Shown piece by piece: positions 21,943 through 31,370 of a DNA stretch of 64,000 bases (within the stretch, counting starts at the first letter, position 1; each line of letters begins with the position of its first letter). A program made the position numbers and the translations under genes. Source of the DNA: Candidatus Poribacteria bacterium (GTDB lineage Bacteria; Poribacteria; WGA-4E; GCA-2687025); assembly GCA_963665845.2 (NCBI GenBank), contig OY762492.1, positions 928,001-992,000 of the forward strand, given 5' to 3'. A model generated the notes under the pieces. The model was given only the letters and a program-made list of their open reading frames with translations, did not search any database and was not told the origin of the DNA.

Positions 21943-22077
21943 GGAAGCCTCTCATCGCCGATTTCACACGCTGCATATGATGCCGCATGCGGCGGCGGAC
22001 GGCAACATTGTCGACGCCGCCGGTCGTCATTCCCGCCTCTGCGGTAAAACGCGCGGGAATCTTAGGCGCCGTTTCTG

Positions 22078-22094
22078 TTGGCATAAAAATTGCT
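22078..22094 (+). promoter_or_regulatory. Sigma-54 (-24/-12) promoter motif upstream of WD40 copy 1
   Basis: TTGGCATAAAAATTGCT = GG-N10-GC, matching the TGGCA-N6-TTGC consensus. Confidence 0.75.
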
Positions 22095-22132
22095 TACTTC
22101 TTTTTACGAACAAGGCGATTGGAGGGCGGCGG

Positions 22133-24403
22133 ATGAGATCAACGGCAATTTTGATGAGCGCATCGGCGCTGTTTTTTGCGGTTTCGGCAAGCGGCGTCGA
22201 TGTTCAAATGTATGAGGACGCGATCGATCTGTCGCGCAGAACGGGCAACTGGGGTACCGTTTATGCAGCCGCCTTTTCTCCCGACGGCAAGACGCTCGCG
22301 ACAGGCGGCATAGACGACTCGCTTGTGTTATGGGATGTTGACACAGGGCGCGCCCTGCGCCGTACCGTCGGACATGATCGGTCCATTAATGCGCTTGCGT
22401 ATTCGTCCGACGGCGCGCAGCTCGCTTCCGGCGACTACGGGGGAACCATTCATATATGGAACGTGAAAACGGGCGCGCTGAAAACGACAATCGATGAACA
22501 AACGGAAGTGATTCGCTCGCTGGCGTTTCTGCCGGACGGCAAGACGCTTCTCAGCTCCGGCAACGGCGTATGGCATTGGGATGCCGAAACGGGGGAGCTG
22601 ATCAAACAGCTGGGCGAAGGTTCCAAAACGTACACCGCAATGACGTTATCGTCCGATGGACAAATTGCCGCCGGCGCTGTGGACGAGTTCGGAAGCGCGA
22701 ACGACGCGGTCGTATTGATAGAAGTCGACACCGGCGCGTTGATGAAACAGCCATGGCGCGTCAGCTACATCCGGTCGCTCTCTTTTTCTCCCGACCGCAG
22801 ACGGCTTGCCGCCGCCGGCATCAGAGAAATAATGGTATGGGATGTGGAAACGGGCGAGAAGATCTACTCCATTGAGGACGATGCTTCCGCGTCCCAAATT
22901 CATTTTTTGCCGGACGGAGAACGGCTTGCTGTCTTGAGAAGCGCAACCTTTTGGATTTACAATCTCAAAACGGGGGAGCGCGTCCAGATCGCGTCCAGAT
23001 CGACCGTCTGGCCCGACATAGCGGTGTCGCTGGACGGAGAAAGAGCCGCGTTCCCCTTGGCAGGCGGCGCCGTCCAGGTATGGAACCTGAACGGCGGGAA
23101 CCTGCATTCAACGTTTGGCGGCGAAAACACTGGCGCGATCTATTCAGCCGCCTTTTCGCGCGACAGCAAAACGCTCGCCGTCGGCTCGGTCGACGGCGCC
23201 GTCCGCCTGTGGGATGTCCCGACGCTGCGCTTCCTGCACAAGCTCTGGATGGCTCCGTATTCTTATCAATACATCCAATCGGTCAGCTTTTCTAGAGACG
23301 GGAAAACAGTTCTCGGCGCCAATTTCGTGGACATCGCGCTGTGGGATGTGCAGACGGGTCAGTTCAAAAGAGCGCTCGGAGACGAATATAATCGCCAAAA
23401 CAGAAACACCAACCCTGCCGTCTATTCGCCGGACGGAGAAACGATCGCAAGCATACGGTATGAGTACAGAAACCGAAACGGCGTCTCGATCATTGAACTG
23501 CGAGACGCCGGCGCCGGCGAATCGGCCAAAGAGATCGTTATCGGAAAAGGATGGTATTCACAGTCGTTCATGTCCTATTCGCCCGACGGGCGGACGATTG
23601 CGCTGGCAGGCTCGCTGTTTTTCAATGTTGAAACGGGTCGGCTCCGAGCGACCGTCACGCATCATTCCTCCGCCTATAGCTTCGCTTATTCGCCGGACGG
23701 CGGAACCTTCGCTGTCGGGCATAGAGACGGAACCGTCACGTTCTGGAACGCGCAGACCTACAAGCGGATACGAAAGATTCTGTCGCAACCGATCACTGAC
23801 CGGACACCCCTTTATGCCCGCTATGTCGATGCAGTCGCGTATTCGCCGGACGGTCGGACGCTTGCCAGCGGCGGCGTTGACGGGCAGGTACGACTCTGGC
23901 AGGCTGAAACAGGCGAGCTGAAAGCCGTTTTGAAAGGGCATACCGGCGGAATCGACGCGCTCGCGTATTCGCCGGACGGGCGTTATCTTGTCAGCGGCTG
24001 CTCTGACGGTTTCCTTCTGCTCTGGAACGCGCGCCGAGGCGAGCAAACGCCGATTCAATGGGCGGACATACGCCTCCCAGAAAAAGCGGCGGAAGACGCA
24101 AACGCGCCCGCGGCCCCTGCCCTCCTGCAGAATTACCCAAACCCGTTCAACCCTGAAACGTGGATCCCCTTCGACCTGGCGGAAACCTCCCGCGTCCGCA
24201 TCGCCATTTACAACGGCGCGGGCGAACTGATCCGCGCGTTAGACCTTGGAACGCTGCCGGCGGGCTACTACCGAAGCCGACAAAAAGCGGCTTACTGGGA
24301 CGGACGCAACGACCTCGGCGAACGCGCTGCCAGCGGCGTCTACTTTGCGCGCATAGAGGCGGGGTCGTTCACGGCGGTTCGGCGCATGGTTCTGTTGAAA
24401 TAG
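22133..24403 (+). CDS. Secreted WD40-repeat protein with C-terminal T9SS-CTD/FlgD-like Ig domain, copy 1 (756 aa)
   Basis: GGAGG RBS then MRSTAILM signal peptide; many (F/Y)SPDG..LA..WD repeats; LLQNYPNPFNPETWIPF...WDGRN..GE..ASGVYF tail. Confidence 0.92.
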   Translation: MRSTAILMSASALFFAVSASGVDVQMYEDAIDLSRRTGNWGTVYAAAFSPDGKTLATGGIDDSLVLWDVDTGRALRRTVGHDRSINALAYSSDGAQLASGDYGGTIHIWNVKTGALKTTIDEQTEVIRSLAFLPDGKTLLSSGNGVWHWDAETGELIKQLGEGSKTYTAMTLSSDGQIAAGAVDEFGSANDAVVLIEVDTGALMKQPWRVSYIRSLSFSPDRRRLAAAGIREIMVWDVETGEKIYSIEDDASASQIHFLPDGERLAVLRSATFWIYNLKTGERVQIASRSTVWPDIAVSLDGERAAFPLAGGAVQVWNLNGGNLHSTFGGENTGAIYSAAFSRDSKTLAVGSVDGAVRLWDVPTLRFLHKLWMAPYSYQYIQSVSFSRDGKTVLGANFVDIALWDVQTGQFKRALGDEYNRQNRNTNPAVYSPDGETIASIRYEYRNRNGVSIIELRDAGAGESAKEIVIGKGWYSQSFMSYSPDGRTIALAGSLFFNVETGRLRATVTHHSSAYSFAYSPDGGTFAVGHRDGTVTFWNAQTYKRIRKILSQPITDRTPLYARYVDAVAYSPDGRTLASGGVDGQVRLWQAETGELKAVLKGHTGGIDALAYSPDGRYLVSGCSDGFLLLWNARRGEQTPIQWADIRLPEKAAEDANAPAAPALLQNYPNPFNPETWIPFDLAETSRVRIAIYNGAGELIRALDLGTLPAGYYRSRQKAAYWDGRNDLGERAASGVYFARIEAGSFTAVRRMVLLK

Positions 24404-24416
24404 GAGGCGCGCGGCG

Positions 24417-24433
24417 TTGGCATAAAATTTGCT
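24417..24433 (+). promoter_or_regulatory. Sigma-54 promoter motif upstream of WD40 copy 2
   Basis: TTGGCATAAAATTTGCT. Confidence 0.75.
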
Positions 24434-24471
24434 TCTATCTTCTGCAGATGAGGCTGCTGAAAGGATACGTT

Positions 24472-26757
24472 ATGAAAGCGACAGCATTTTTGATGAGCGC
24501 ATCGGCGCTGTTTTTTGCGTCTTCGGCGAAGGGCGTAGATGTTCAGATGTACGAGGACGCGATCGATCTGTCGCGCACGACGGGCAACTGCGGAACCGTT
24601 TCTCCAGCCGCCTTTTCTCCAGACGGCAAGACGCTCGCGGCCGTCGACTTAAACGATACGGTTGTGTTCTGGGAGGTTGATACAGGGCGCGTCCTGGGCC
24701 GTATCGGCGGACGCGCTCGGTCCATGGATGCGATCGCGTATTCGCGCGACGGGACGCAGCTTGCTTTCGGCTACTACGGGGGAGATATTCATATTTGGGA
24801 TGTGGAAACAGGCGCGCTGAAAACGGAGATCGATGAACAAACGGAACCGGTTCGCTCGCTGGCGTTTCTGCCGGACGGCAAGACGCTTCTCAGCGCCGGC
24901 AGAGGCATACGGCATTGGGACGCCGAGACGGGGGAGCTGATCAAGCAGCTTGACGAAAGTACCAAAACGTACACCGCAATGACGTTATCGTCCGATGGAC
25001 AAATTGCGGCCGCCGCTGTGAACAAGTACAGAAACGCGGACGGCGTCGTATTGAGAGAGGTTGATTTGAGAGAGGTTGACACCGGCGCGTTGGTGAAACA
25101 GTTTGTTCATTCATGGCGCGTCGGCTCCATCCGCTCGCTCTCTTTTTCTCCCGACCGCAGACGGCTTGCCGCCGGCGGCTCCGGAGGAATGATGATATGG
25201 GATCTGGAAACGGGCGAGACAATCTACGCCCATGAGGAAGGCAACTACGATACCGCGTTCAAAGTTCATTTTTTGCCGGACGGAGAACGGCTTGTTGTCC
25301 TGGCAGGCTCAGCCTTATGGGTCTACAATCTCAAAAGGGGGGAGCGGGTCCGGATCGCATCCAGATCGATCGCATCGCCCGCTGTAGCGGTGTCGCCGGA
25401 CGGAGAAAGAGCCGCGTTCGCCTTGGGAGGCGGCGGCGTCCAGATCTGGGACCTGAACAGCAGGAACCTGCATTCAACGTTTGGCGGCGAAAACACTGGC
25501 GCGATCTATTCAGCCGCCTTTTCGCCCGACAGCAAGACGCTCGCTGTCGGCTCCAGAGACGGGGGCGTCCGCCTATGGGATGTCCCGACGCGGCGCTTCC
25601 TGCACAAGTTCTGGCAGGCTCCGTACTCATACTACAGTATCGAATCGGTCGACTTTTCGAAAGACGGAAAAACGGTTCTTGGCGCCAACCATGTCGACAT
25701 CGCCCTGTGGGATGTGGAGACGGGGCAGTTCAAAAGGGCGCTCGGAGACGAAATCGGCCGTCTCTTTAGAAACACAACTCCAGCCGTCTATTCGCCGGAC
25801 GGAAAAACAATCGCAAGCATTCGATATGAACATAGAGACGGCATCCTCTTCCCAATCATTGAGCTGCGGGACGCTGAGACGGGGCAAGCGACCCAGAAGA
25901 TTGCGGTCGGCAGGGGTGTGCCTTGGCTGGCGTTCATGGACTATTCGCCCGACGGGCGGACGATTGCGTTAAAAGGCTCGCTGTTTTTCAATGTTGAAAC
26001 GGGGCGGCTCCGAGCGACCGTCACGCATCATTCCGACCCCTTCTGCTTCGCCTATTCGCCGGACGGAAAAACCTTCGCTGTCGGACATAGGGACGGAACC
26101 GTCACCTTCTGGAACGCGCAAACGTACAAGCGGATCCGGACGATCCAGGCGCAACCTAGAGCTGACCAGACGCCCCGTTATCACCCTTATGTCAATACGA
26201 TTGCATATTCGCCGAACGGACGGACGCTAGCCAGCGGCGGCGTCGACGGGATGGTTCGGCTCTGGCGGACAGACAATTGGGCGTTGAAAGCGGTGTTGAA
26301 AGGGGATGCGAGATGGGTCGGCGTCCTTGCTTATTCGCCGAACGGGCGTTATCTCGTCAGCGGCTCCTACGACGGAACCTTGCTGCTCTGGAACGCGCGC
26401 CTAGGCGAGCAGACGCCGATTCAATGGGCGGACATACGCCTCCCAGAAGACGCAAACGCGCCCGCGGCCCCTGCCCTCCTGCAAAATTACCCAAACCCGT
26501 TCAACCCTGAAACATGGATCCCCTTCGACCTGGCGAAAACCTCCACCGTCCGCATTTTCATCTACAACGGCGCGGGCGAACTGATACGCAAATTAGACCT
26601 GGGAACGCTGCCGGCGGGCTACTACCGAAGCCGACAGAAAGCGGCTTACTGGGACGGACGCAACGACCTCGGCGAACGGGCGGCAAGCGGGATCTACTTT
26701 GCGCGCATAGAGGCGGGATCGTTCACGGCGGTTCGTCGCATGGTTCTGTTGAAATAG
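24472..26757 (+). CDS. Secreted WD40 protein with CTD, copy 2 (761 aa)
   Basis: AAGGA RBS, MKATAFLM signal peptide; paralog of copy 1. Confidence 0.92.
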   Translation: MKATAFLMSASALFFASSAKGVDVQMYEDAIDLSRTTGNCGTVSPAAFSPDGKTLAAVDLNDTVVFWEVDTGRVLGRIGGRARSMDAIAYSRDGTQLAFGYYGGDIHIWDVETGALKTEIDEQTEPVRSLAFLPDGKTLLSAGRGIRHWDAETGELIKQLDESTKTYTAMTLSSDGQIAAAAVNKYRNADGVVLREVDLREVDTGALVKQFVHSWRVGSIRSLSFSPDRRRLAAGGSGGMMIWDLETGETIYAHEEGNYDTAFKVHFLPDGERLVVLAGSALWVYNLKRGERVRIASRSIASPAVAVSPDGERAAFALGGGGVQIWDLNSRNLHSTFGGENTGAIYSAAFSPDSKTLAVGSRDGGVRLWDVPTRRFLHKFWQAPYSYYSIESVDFSKDGKTVLGANHVDIALWDVETGQFKRALGDEIGRLFRNTTPAVYSPDGKTIASIRYEHRDGILFPIIELRDAETGQATQKIAVGRGVPWLAFMDYSPDGRTIALKGSLFFNVETGRLRATVTHHSDPFCFAYSPDGKTFAVGHRDGTVTFWNAQTYKRIRTIQAQPRADQTPRYHPYVNTIAYSPNGRTLASGGVDGMVRLWRTDNWALKAVLKGDARWVGVLAYSPNGRYLVSGSYDGTLLLWNARLGEQTPIQWADIRLPEDANAPAAPALLQNYPNPFNPETWIPFDLAKTSTVRIFIYNGAGELIRKLDLGTLPAGYYRSRQKAAYWDGRNDLGERAASGIYFARIEAGSFTAVRRMVLLK

Positions 26758-26770
26758 GAGGCGCGCGGCG

Positions 26771-26787
26771 TTGGCATAAAATTTGCG
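26771..26787 (+). promoter_or_regulatory. Sigma-54 promoter motif upstream of WD40 copy 3
   Basis: TTGGCATAAAATTTGCG. Confidence 0.7.
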
Positions 26788-26825
26788 TCTATCTTCTGCA
26801 GATGAGGCTGCTGAAAGGATATGTT

Positions 26826-29054
26826 ATGAAAGCGACAGCATTTTTGATGAGCGCATCGGCGCTGTTTTTTGCGGTTTCGGCGTCGGGCGTAGATGTTCAG
26901 GTGTACGAGGACGCGATTGATCTGTCGCGCACGACGGGCAACTGGGGAACCGTTTATGCAGCCGCCTTTTCTCCCGACGGCAAGACGCTCGCGACAGGCG
27001 GCATAGACGACTCACTTGTGTTATGGGATGTTGACACAGGGCGCGCCCTGCGCCGTACCGCCGAACATGATCGGTCCATTAATGCGCTTGCGTATTCGTC
27101 CGACGGCGCGCAGCTCGCTTCCGGCGACTACGGGGGAACCATTCATATATGGGATGTTGAAACGGGCGCGCTGAAAACGACGATCGATGAACAAACGGAA
27201 GCGATTCGCTTGCTGGCGTTTCTGCCGGACGGCAAGACGCTTCTCAGCTCCTCCGGCAACGGCGCATTTCATTGGAACGCCGAGACGGGGGAACTGATCA
27301 AGCGGCTTGGCGAAGGTTCCAAAACGTACACCGAAATGACGTTATCGTCCGATGGACAAATCGCCGCCGCCGCTATAGAAGAGTTCGGAAGCGCGAACGA
27401 CGCGGTCGTATTGATCGATGTCGACACCGGCGCGTTGATGAAACAGTCATGGCGCGTCAGCTACATCCGGTCGCTTTCTTTTTCTCCCGACCGCAGACAG
27501 CTTGCCGCCGCCGGCTTCAAAGAAATAATGGTATGGGATGTGGAAACGGGCGAGAAGATCTACTCCATTGAGGACGATGCTTCCGCGTCCCAAATTCATT
27601 TTTTGCCGGACGGAGAACGGCTTGCTGTCTTGAGAAGCGCAGCCTTTTGGATTTTCGATCTCAAAACGGGGGAGCGCGTCCAGATCGCGTCCAGATCGAC
27701 CGTCTGGCCCGACATAGCGGTGTCGCTGGACGGAGAAAGAGCCGCGTTCGCCTTGGCAGGCGGCGCCGTCCAGATATGGAACCTGAACGACAGAGGTCTG
27801 CATTCAACGTTTGGCGGCGAAAACACTGGCGCGATCTATTCAGCCGCCTTTTCGCGCGACAGCAAAACGCTCGCCGTCGGCTCCGAAGACGGAGGCGTCC
27901 GCCTGTGGGATGTCCCGACGCTGCGTTTTCAACAGAAGCTCTGGAAAGTTCCGTACTCATACTTTCCCGCCGAATCGGTCGACTTTTCTAAAGACGGAAA
28001 AACGGTTCTTGGCGCCAATTTCGTGGACGCCGCTTTGTGGGATGTGGAGACGGGGCAGTTCGAAAGAGCGCTCGGAGACGAATATGGCCGCGATTTTAGA
28101 AACACCAACCCTGCCGCCTATTCGCCGGACGGAGAAACGATCGCAAGCCTTCGACACGATTACAGAACCGACGTCTCGATCATTGAGCTGCGGGACGCCG
28201 ACACCGGCGAAGCGACCAAAGAGATCGTTATAGGGCAAAGATGGCATCCACAGTCGTTCATGGACTACTCGCCCGACGGACAGACGATTGCGCTGGAAGG
28301 ATCGCTGTTTTACAACGTTGAAACGGGTCGTCTCCGAGCGACCGTCACGCACCATTCCATTCCCGATTGCTTCGCCTATTCGCCGGACGGAAAAACCTTC
28401 GCTGTCGGGCATTGGGACGGAACCGTCACGGTCTGGAACGCGCTGACGTACAAACGGATCCGGACAATTCTGACGCATCTTGACGGCGTCAATGCGGTTG
28501 CGTTTTCGCCGAACGGTCGGACGCTCGCCAGCGCCGGCGTCGACGGGTTGGTTCGGCTCTGGCGGACAGATAATGGGGCGTTGAAAGCGGTTTTGAAAGG
28601 GCATACGAGAGGGGCCGGCGCCCTTGCTTATTCGCCGGACGGGCGTTATCTCGTCAGCGGCTCCTACGACGGAACCTTGCTGCTCTGGAACGCGCGCCTA
28701 GGCGAGCAGACGCCGATTCAATGGGCGGACATACGCCTCCCAGAAAACGCAAACGCGCCCGCGGCCCCTGCTCTCTTGCAGAATTACCCAAACCCGTTCA
28801 ACCCTGAAACGTGGATCCCCTTCGACCTGGCGGAAACCTCCCGCGTCCGCATTTCCATCTACAACGGCGCGGGCAAGCTGATCCGCGCGTTAGACCTGGG
28901 GACGCTGCCGGCGGGCTACTACCGAAGCCGACAAAAAGCGGCTTACTGGGACGGACGCAACGCCCTCGGCGAACGCGCTGCCAGCGGGATCTACTTTGCG
29001 CGCATTCAAACCGATTCGTTCACGGCGCAGCGGCGCATGCTTCTTTTGAAATAA
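26826..29054 (+). CDS. Secreted WD40 protein with CTD, copy 3 (742 aa)
   Basis: MKATAFLM signal peptide; N-terminal half nearly identical to copy 1. Confidence 0.92.
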   Translation: MKATAFLMSASALFFAVSASGVDVQVYEDAIDLSRTTGNWGTVYAAAFSPDGKTLATGGIDDSLVLWDVDTGRALRRTAEHDRSINALAYSSDGAQLASGDYGGTIHIWDVETGALKTTIDEQTEAIRLLAFLPDGKTLLSSSGNGAFHWNAETGELIKRLGEGSKTYTEMTLSSDGQIAAAAIEEFGSANDAVVLIDVDTGALMKQSWRVSYIRSLSFSPDRRQLAAAGFKEIMVWDVETGEKIYSIEDDASASQIHFLPDGERLAVLRSAAFWIFDLKTGERVQIASRSTVWPDIAVSLDGERAAFALAGGAVQIWNLNDRGLHSTFGGENTGAIYSAAFSRDSKTLAVGSEDGGVRLWDVPTLRFQQKLWKVPYSYFPAESVDFSKDGKTVLGANFVDAALWDVETGQFERALGDEYGRDFRNTNPAAYSPDGETIASLRHDYRTDVSIIELRDADTGEATKEIVIGQRWHPQSFMDYSPDGQTIALEGSLFYNVETGRLRATVTHHSIPDCFAYSPDGKTFAVGHWDGTVTVWNALTYKRIRTILTHLDGVNAVAFSPNGRTLASAGVDGLVRLWRTDNGALKAVLKGHTRGAGALAYSPDGRYLVSGSYDGTLLLWNARLGEQTPIQWADIRLPENANAPAAPALLQNYPNPFNPETWIPFDLAETSRVRISIYNGAGKLIRALDLGTLPAGYYRSRQKAAYWDGRNALGERAASGIYFARIQTDSFTAQRRMLLLK

Positions 29055-29074
29055 GGTTGTTGAAAGGCTACGTT

Positions 29075-31351
29075 ATGAAAACGGCAGCATTTTTGATGAG
29101 CGCGTTGACGCTGTTTTTTGCGGCGGCGGAGGGCGGCGCGGTTCCTGTTTATGTGGAAGCGGTCACGTTGACGCGCGACACCGGCCATTGGGGAACCATC
29201 AAATCCGCCGCGTTCTCTCCTGACGGCAAGACGCTCGCAACATTCGGAGACGACGACAGCCGCGTCGTTCTATGGGACGCCGACACAGGGCGCGTCAAAA
29301 GCCGCTTCTTCGCATCTTCCGATGGTAGCGCCGCGTTTTCGCCCAACGGCGGCGAGTTCGCCCACGGCGGACAGGATGGACACATTTTCATTAGAGACGC
29401 CGAAACAGGCGAGCTGAAAGCGGAACTCGAAAAACATGAGGATTCGGTCAACGGGATTGTCTACGGGCGGGACGGCAAGACGCTTTTCAGCGCCGACTAC
29501 AAAATCATGCACTGGGATGTCGAGAAGCGGGAACTGATCAAACGGATCGGTTCCAAACTATACACTGCATTGGCGTTATCGTCCGACGGTCAAACAATCG
29601 CCGCATCCAGCTCCGTCGGCTCCGTAGGAAGATATAACTCGATCATCGACTTGATGGATGTCGACACCGGCGCGCTCAAAAAAGAGATTCCGCTTCCGGA
29701 CGTCGGTCCCATTCGATTCCTTTCCTTTTCTCCCGACGGGAAAAAGCTTGCCGCCGCCGCCCGATACGACGGGCTTATGCTGTGGGATGTAGAAACCGGC
29801 GAGCCGATCGACGCTCTAGGAGAAGACAGCGGCGACAGCGCCTATGCGGTTCAGTTTTTGCCGGACGGAGAACGGCTCGCCGCCGTCTCATACAAGGGCG
29901 CTTATGTGTATGATTTGAAAACAGGCGAACGCGTCCGCATCGCGTCCATCCCCAACGGCGCGTCTAACTGGGGCGGCAAAGCGGTCTCGCCGGACGGAAG
30001 CAGGGTCGCGCTCACCTTTCCCTTCGGCGCCGTCCAGATATGGAACCTGAACGACGGGAGCCTTCAGGCGGCGTTTGGCGGGAACGACACCGGACATATT
30101 GTTTCAGTCGCCTTTTCAAGAGACGGCAAAACGCTTGCCCTCGGCTGCGGCGACGGGAGCGTCCGCCTGTGGGATGTCCATACGCTGCGCTTTTTGCACA
30201 GGCTTTGGCTGGCTCCGTATTCTTATAAAGAAATCGAGTTGGTCGGCTTTTCTAAAGACGGCAAAACGGTTTTTGGCGCCAATTCCGTAGACATCGCCCT
30301 GTGGGATGTGGAGACGGGGCAGTTCAAAAGAGCGCTCGGAGACGAAATCGACCGTCCATTCAGAAACGCTGCCCCAGCCGTTTATTCGCCTGATGGAGAA
30401 ACGCTCGCGAGCATTCGATATGAGTACAGAAAGAAAAACGGCAGATCGTTGATTGAGCTGCGAGACGCCGACACCGGCAAATTGGCTAAAACGATCGTCG
30501 TAGGATATAGACGGTATACACAGTCGTTCATGTCCTATTCGCCCGACGGGCGGACGATTGCGCTGGCAGGCTCGATGTTTTTCAATGTTGAAACGGGTCG
30601 GCTTCGAGCGACCGTCACGCATCTTTCCAGACCCTACTGCTTCGCCTACTCTCCGGATGGACAAGCCTTCGCCGTCGGACATAGCGGCGGAAAGGTCTCG
30701 ATCTGGAATGCGCAGACCTACAAGCGGATCCGAACGATTCAGGCGCAGCCTTTCACTGACCAGACGCCTAGTTATCTTCGAGATGTCGATGCGGTTGCGT
30801 ATTCGCCGGACGGTCGGACGCTTGCCAGCGTAGGCGACGACGGGATGGTTCGGCTCTGGGGTACGGACGACGGGGAATTGAAAGCGGTGTTGAAAGGGCA
30901 TACGAGATCCATCAGTACCCTTGCATATTCGCCGGACGGGCGTTATCTCGTCACCGGCGGCTCCGACGGCTCCGCCCAGCTGTGGAACATGGGCATCAGC
31001 GGCGGCAAGCCGATTCAATGGGCGGACATACGCCGCCCAGAAGAAGCAAACGCGCCCGCGGCCCCTGCCCTCCTGCAAAATTACCCAAACCCGTTCAACC
31101 CTGAAACGTGGATCCCCTTCGACCTGGCGGAAACCTCCCGCGTCCGCATTTCCATCTACAACGGCGCGGGCAAGCTGATCCGCGCGTTAGACCTTGGGAC
31201 GATGCCGGCGGGCTACTACCGGAGCCGACAGAAAGCGGCTTACTGGGACGGACGCAACGACCTCGGCGAACGGGCGGCAAGCGGGATCTACTTTGCGCGC
31301 ATAGAGGCGGGGTCGTTCACGGCGGTTCGGCGCATGGTTCTGTTTAAATAA
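29075..31351 (+). CDS. Secreted WD40 protein with CTD, copy 4 (758 aa)
   Basis: MKTAAFLM signal peptide; WD repeats; same tail. Confidence 0.92.
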   Translation: MKTAAFLMSALTLFFAAAEGGAVPVYVEAVTLTRDTGHWGTIKSAAFSPDGKTLATFGDDDSRVVLWDADTGRVKSRFFASSDGSAAFSPNGGEFAHGGQDGHIFIRDAETGELKAELEKHEDSVNGIVYGRDGKTLFSADYKIMHWDVEKRELIKRIGSKLYTALALSSDGQTIAASSSVGSVGRYNSIIDLMDVDTGALKKEIPLPDVGPIRFLSFSPDGKKLAAAARYDGLMLWDVETGEPIDALGEDSGDSAYAVQFLPDGERLAAVSYKGAYVYDLKTGERVRIASIPNGASNWGGKAVSPDGSRVALTFPFGAVQIWNLNDGSLQAAFGGNDTGHIVSVAFSRDGKTLALGCGDGSVRLWDVHTLRFLHRLWLAPYSYKEIELVGFSKDGKTVFGANSVDIALWDVETGQFKRALGDEIDRPFRNAAPAVYSPDGETLASIRYEYRKKNGRSLIELRDADTGKLAKTIVVGYRRYTQSFMSYSPDGRTIALAGSMFFNVETGRLRATVTHLSRPYCFAYSPDGQAFAVGHSGGKVSIWNAQTYKRIRTIQAQPFTDQTPSYLRDVDAVAYSPDGRTLASVGDDGMVRLWGTDDGELKAVLKGHTRSISTLAYSPDGRYLVTGGSDGSAQLWNMGISGGKPIQWADIRRPEEANAPAAPALLQNYPNPFNPETWIPFDLAETSRVRISIYNGAGKLIRALDLGTMPAGYYRSRQKAAYWDGRNDLGERAASGIYFARIEAGSFTAVRRMVLFK

Positions 31352-31370
31352 GGCGTAGAAAGGATTCGCT

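Noticed and set aside
21701-29074. N-terminal extensions of the WD40 ORFs in the track (starts 21701, 24160, 26514, 28811)
   Set aside because: They overlap neighbouring genes in other frames; the RBS and signal peptide define later ATGs
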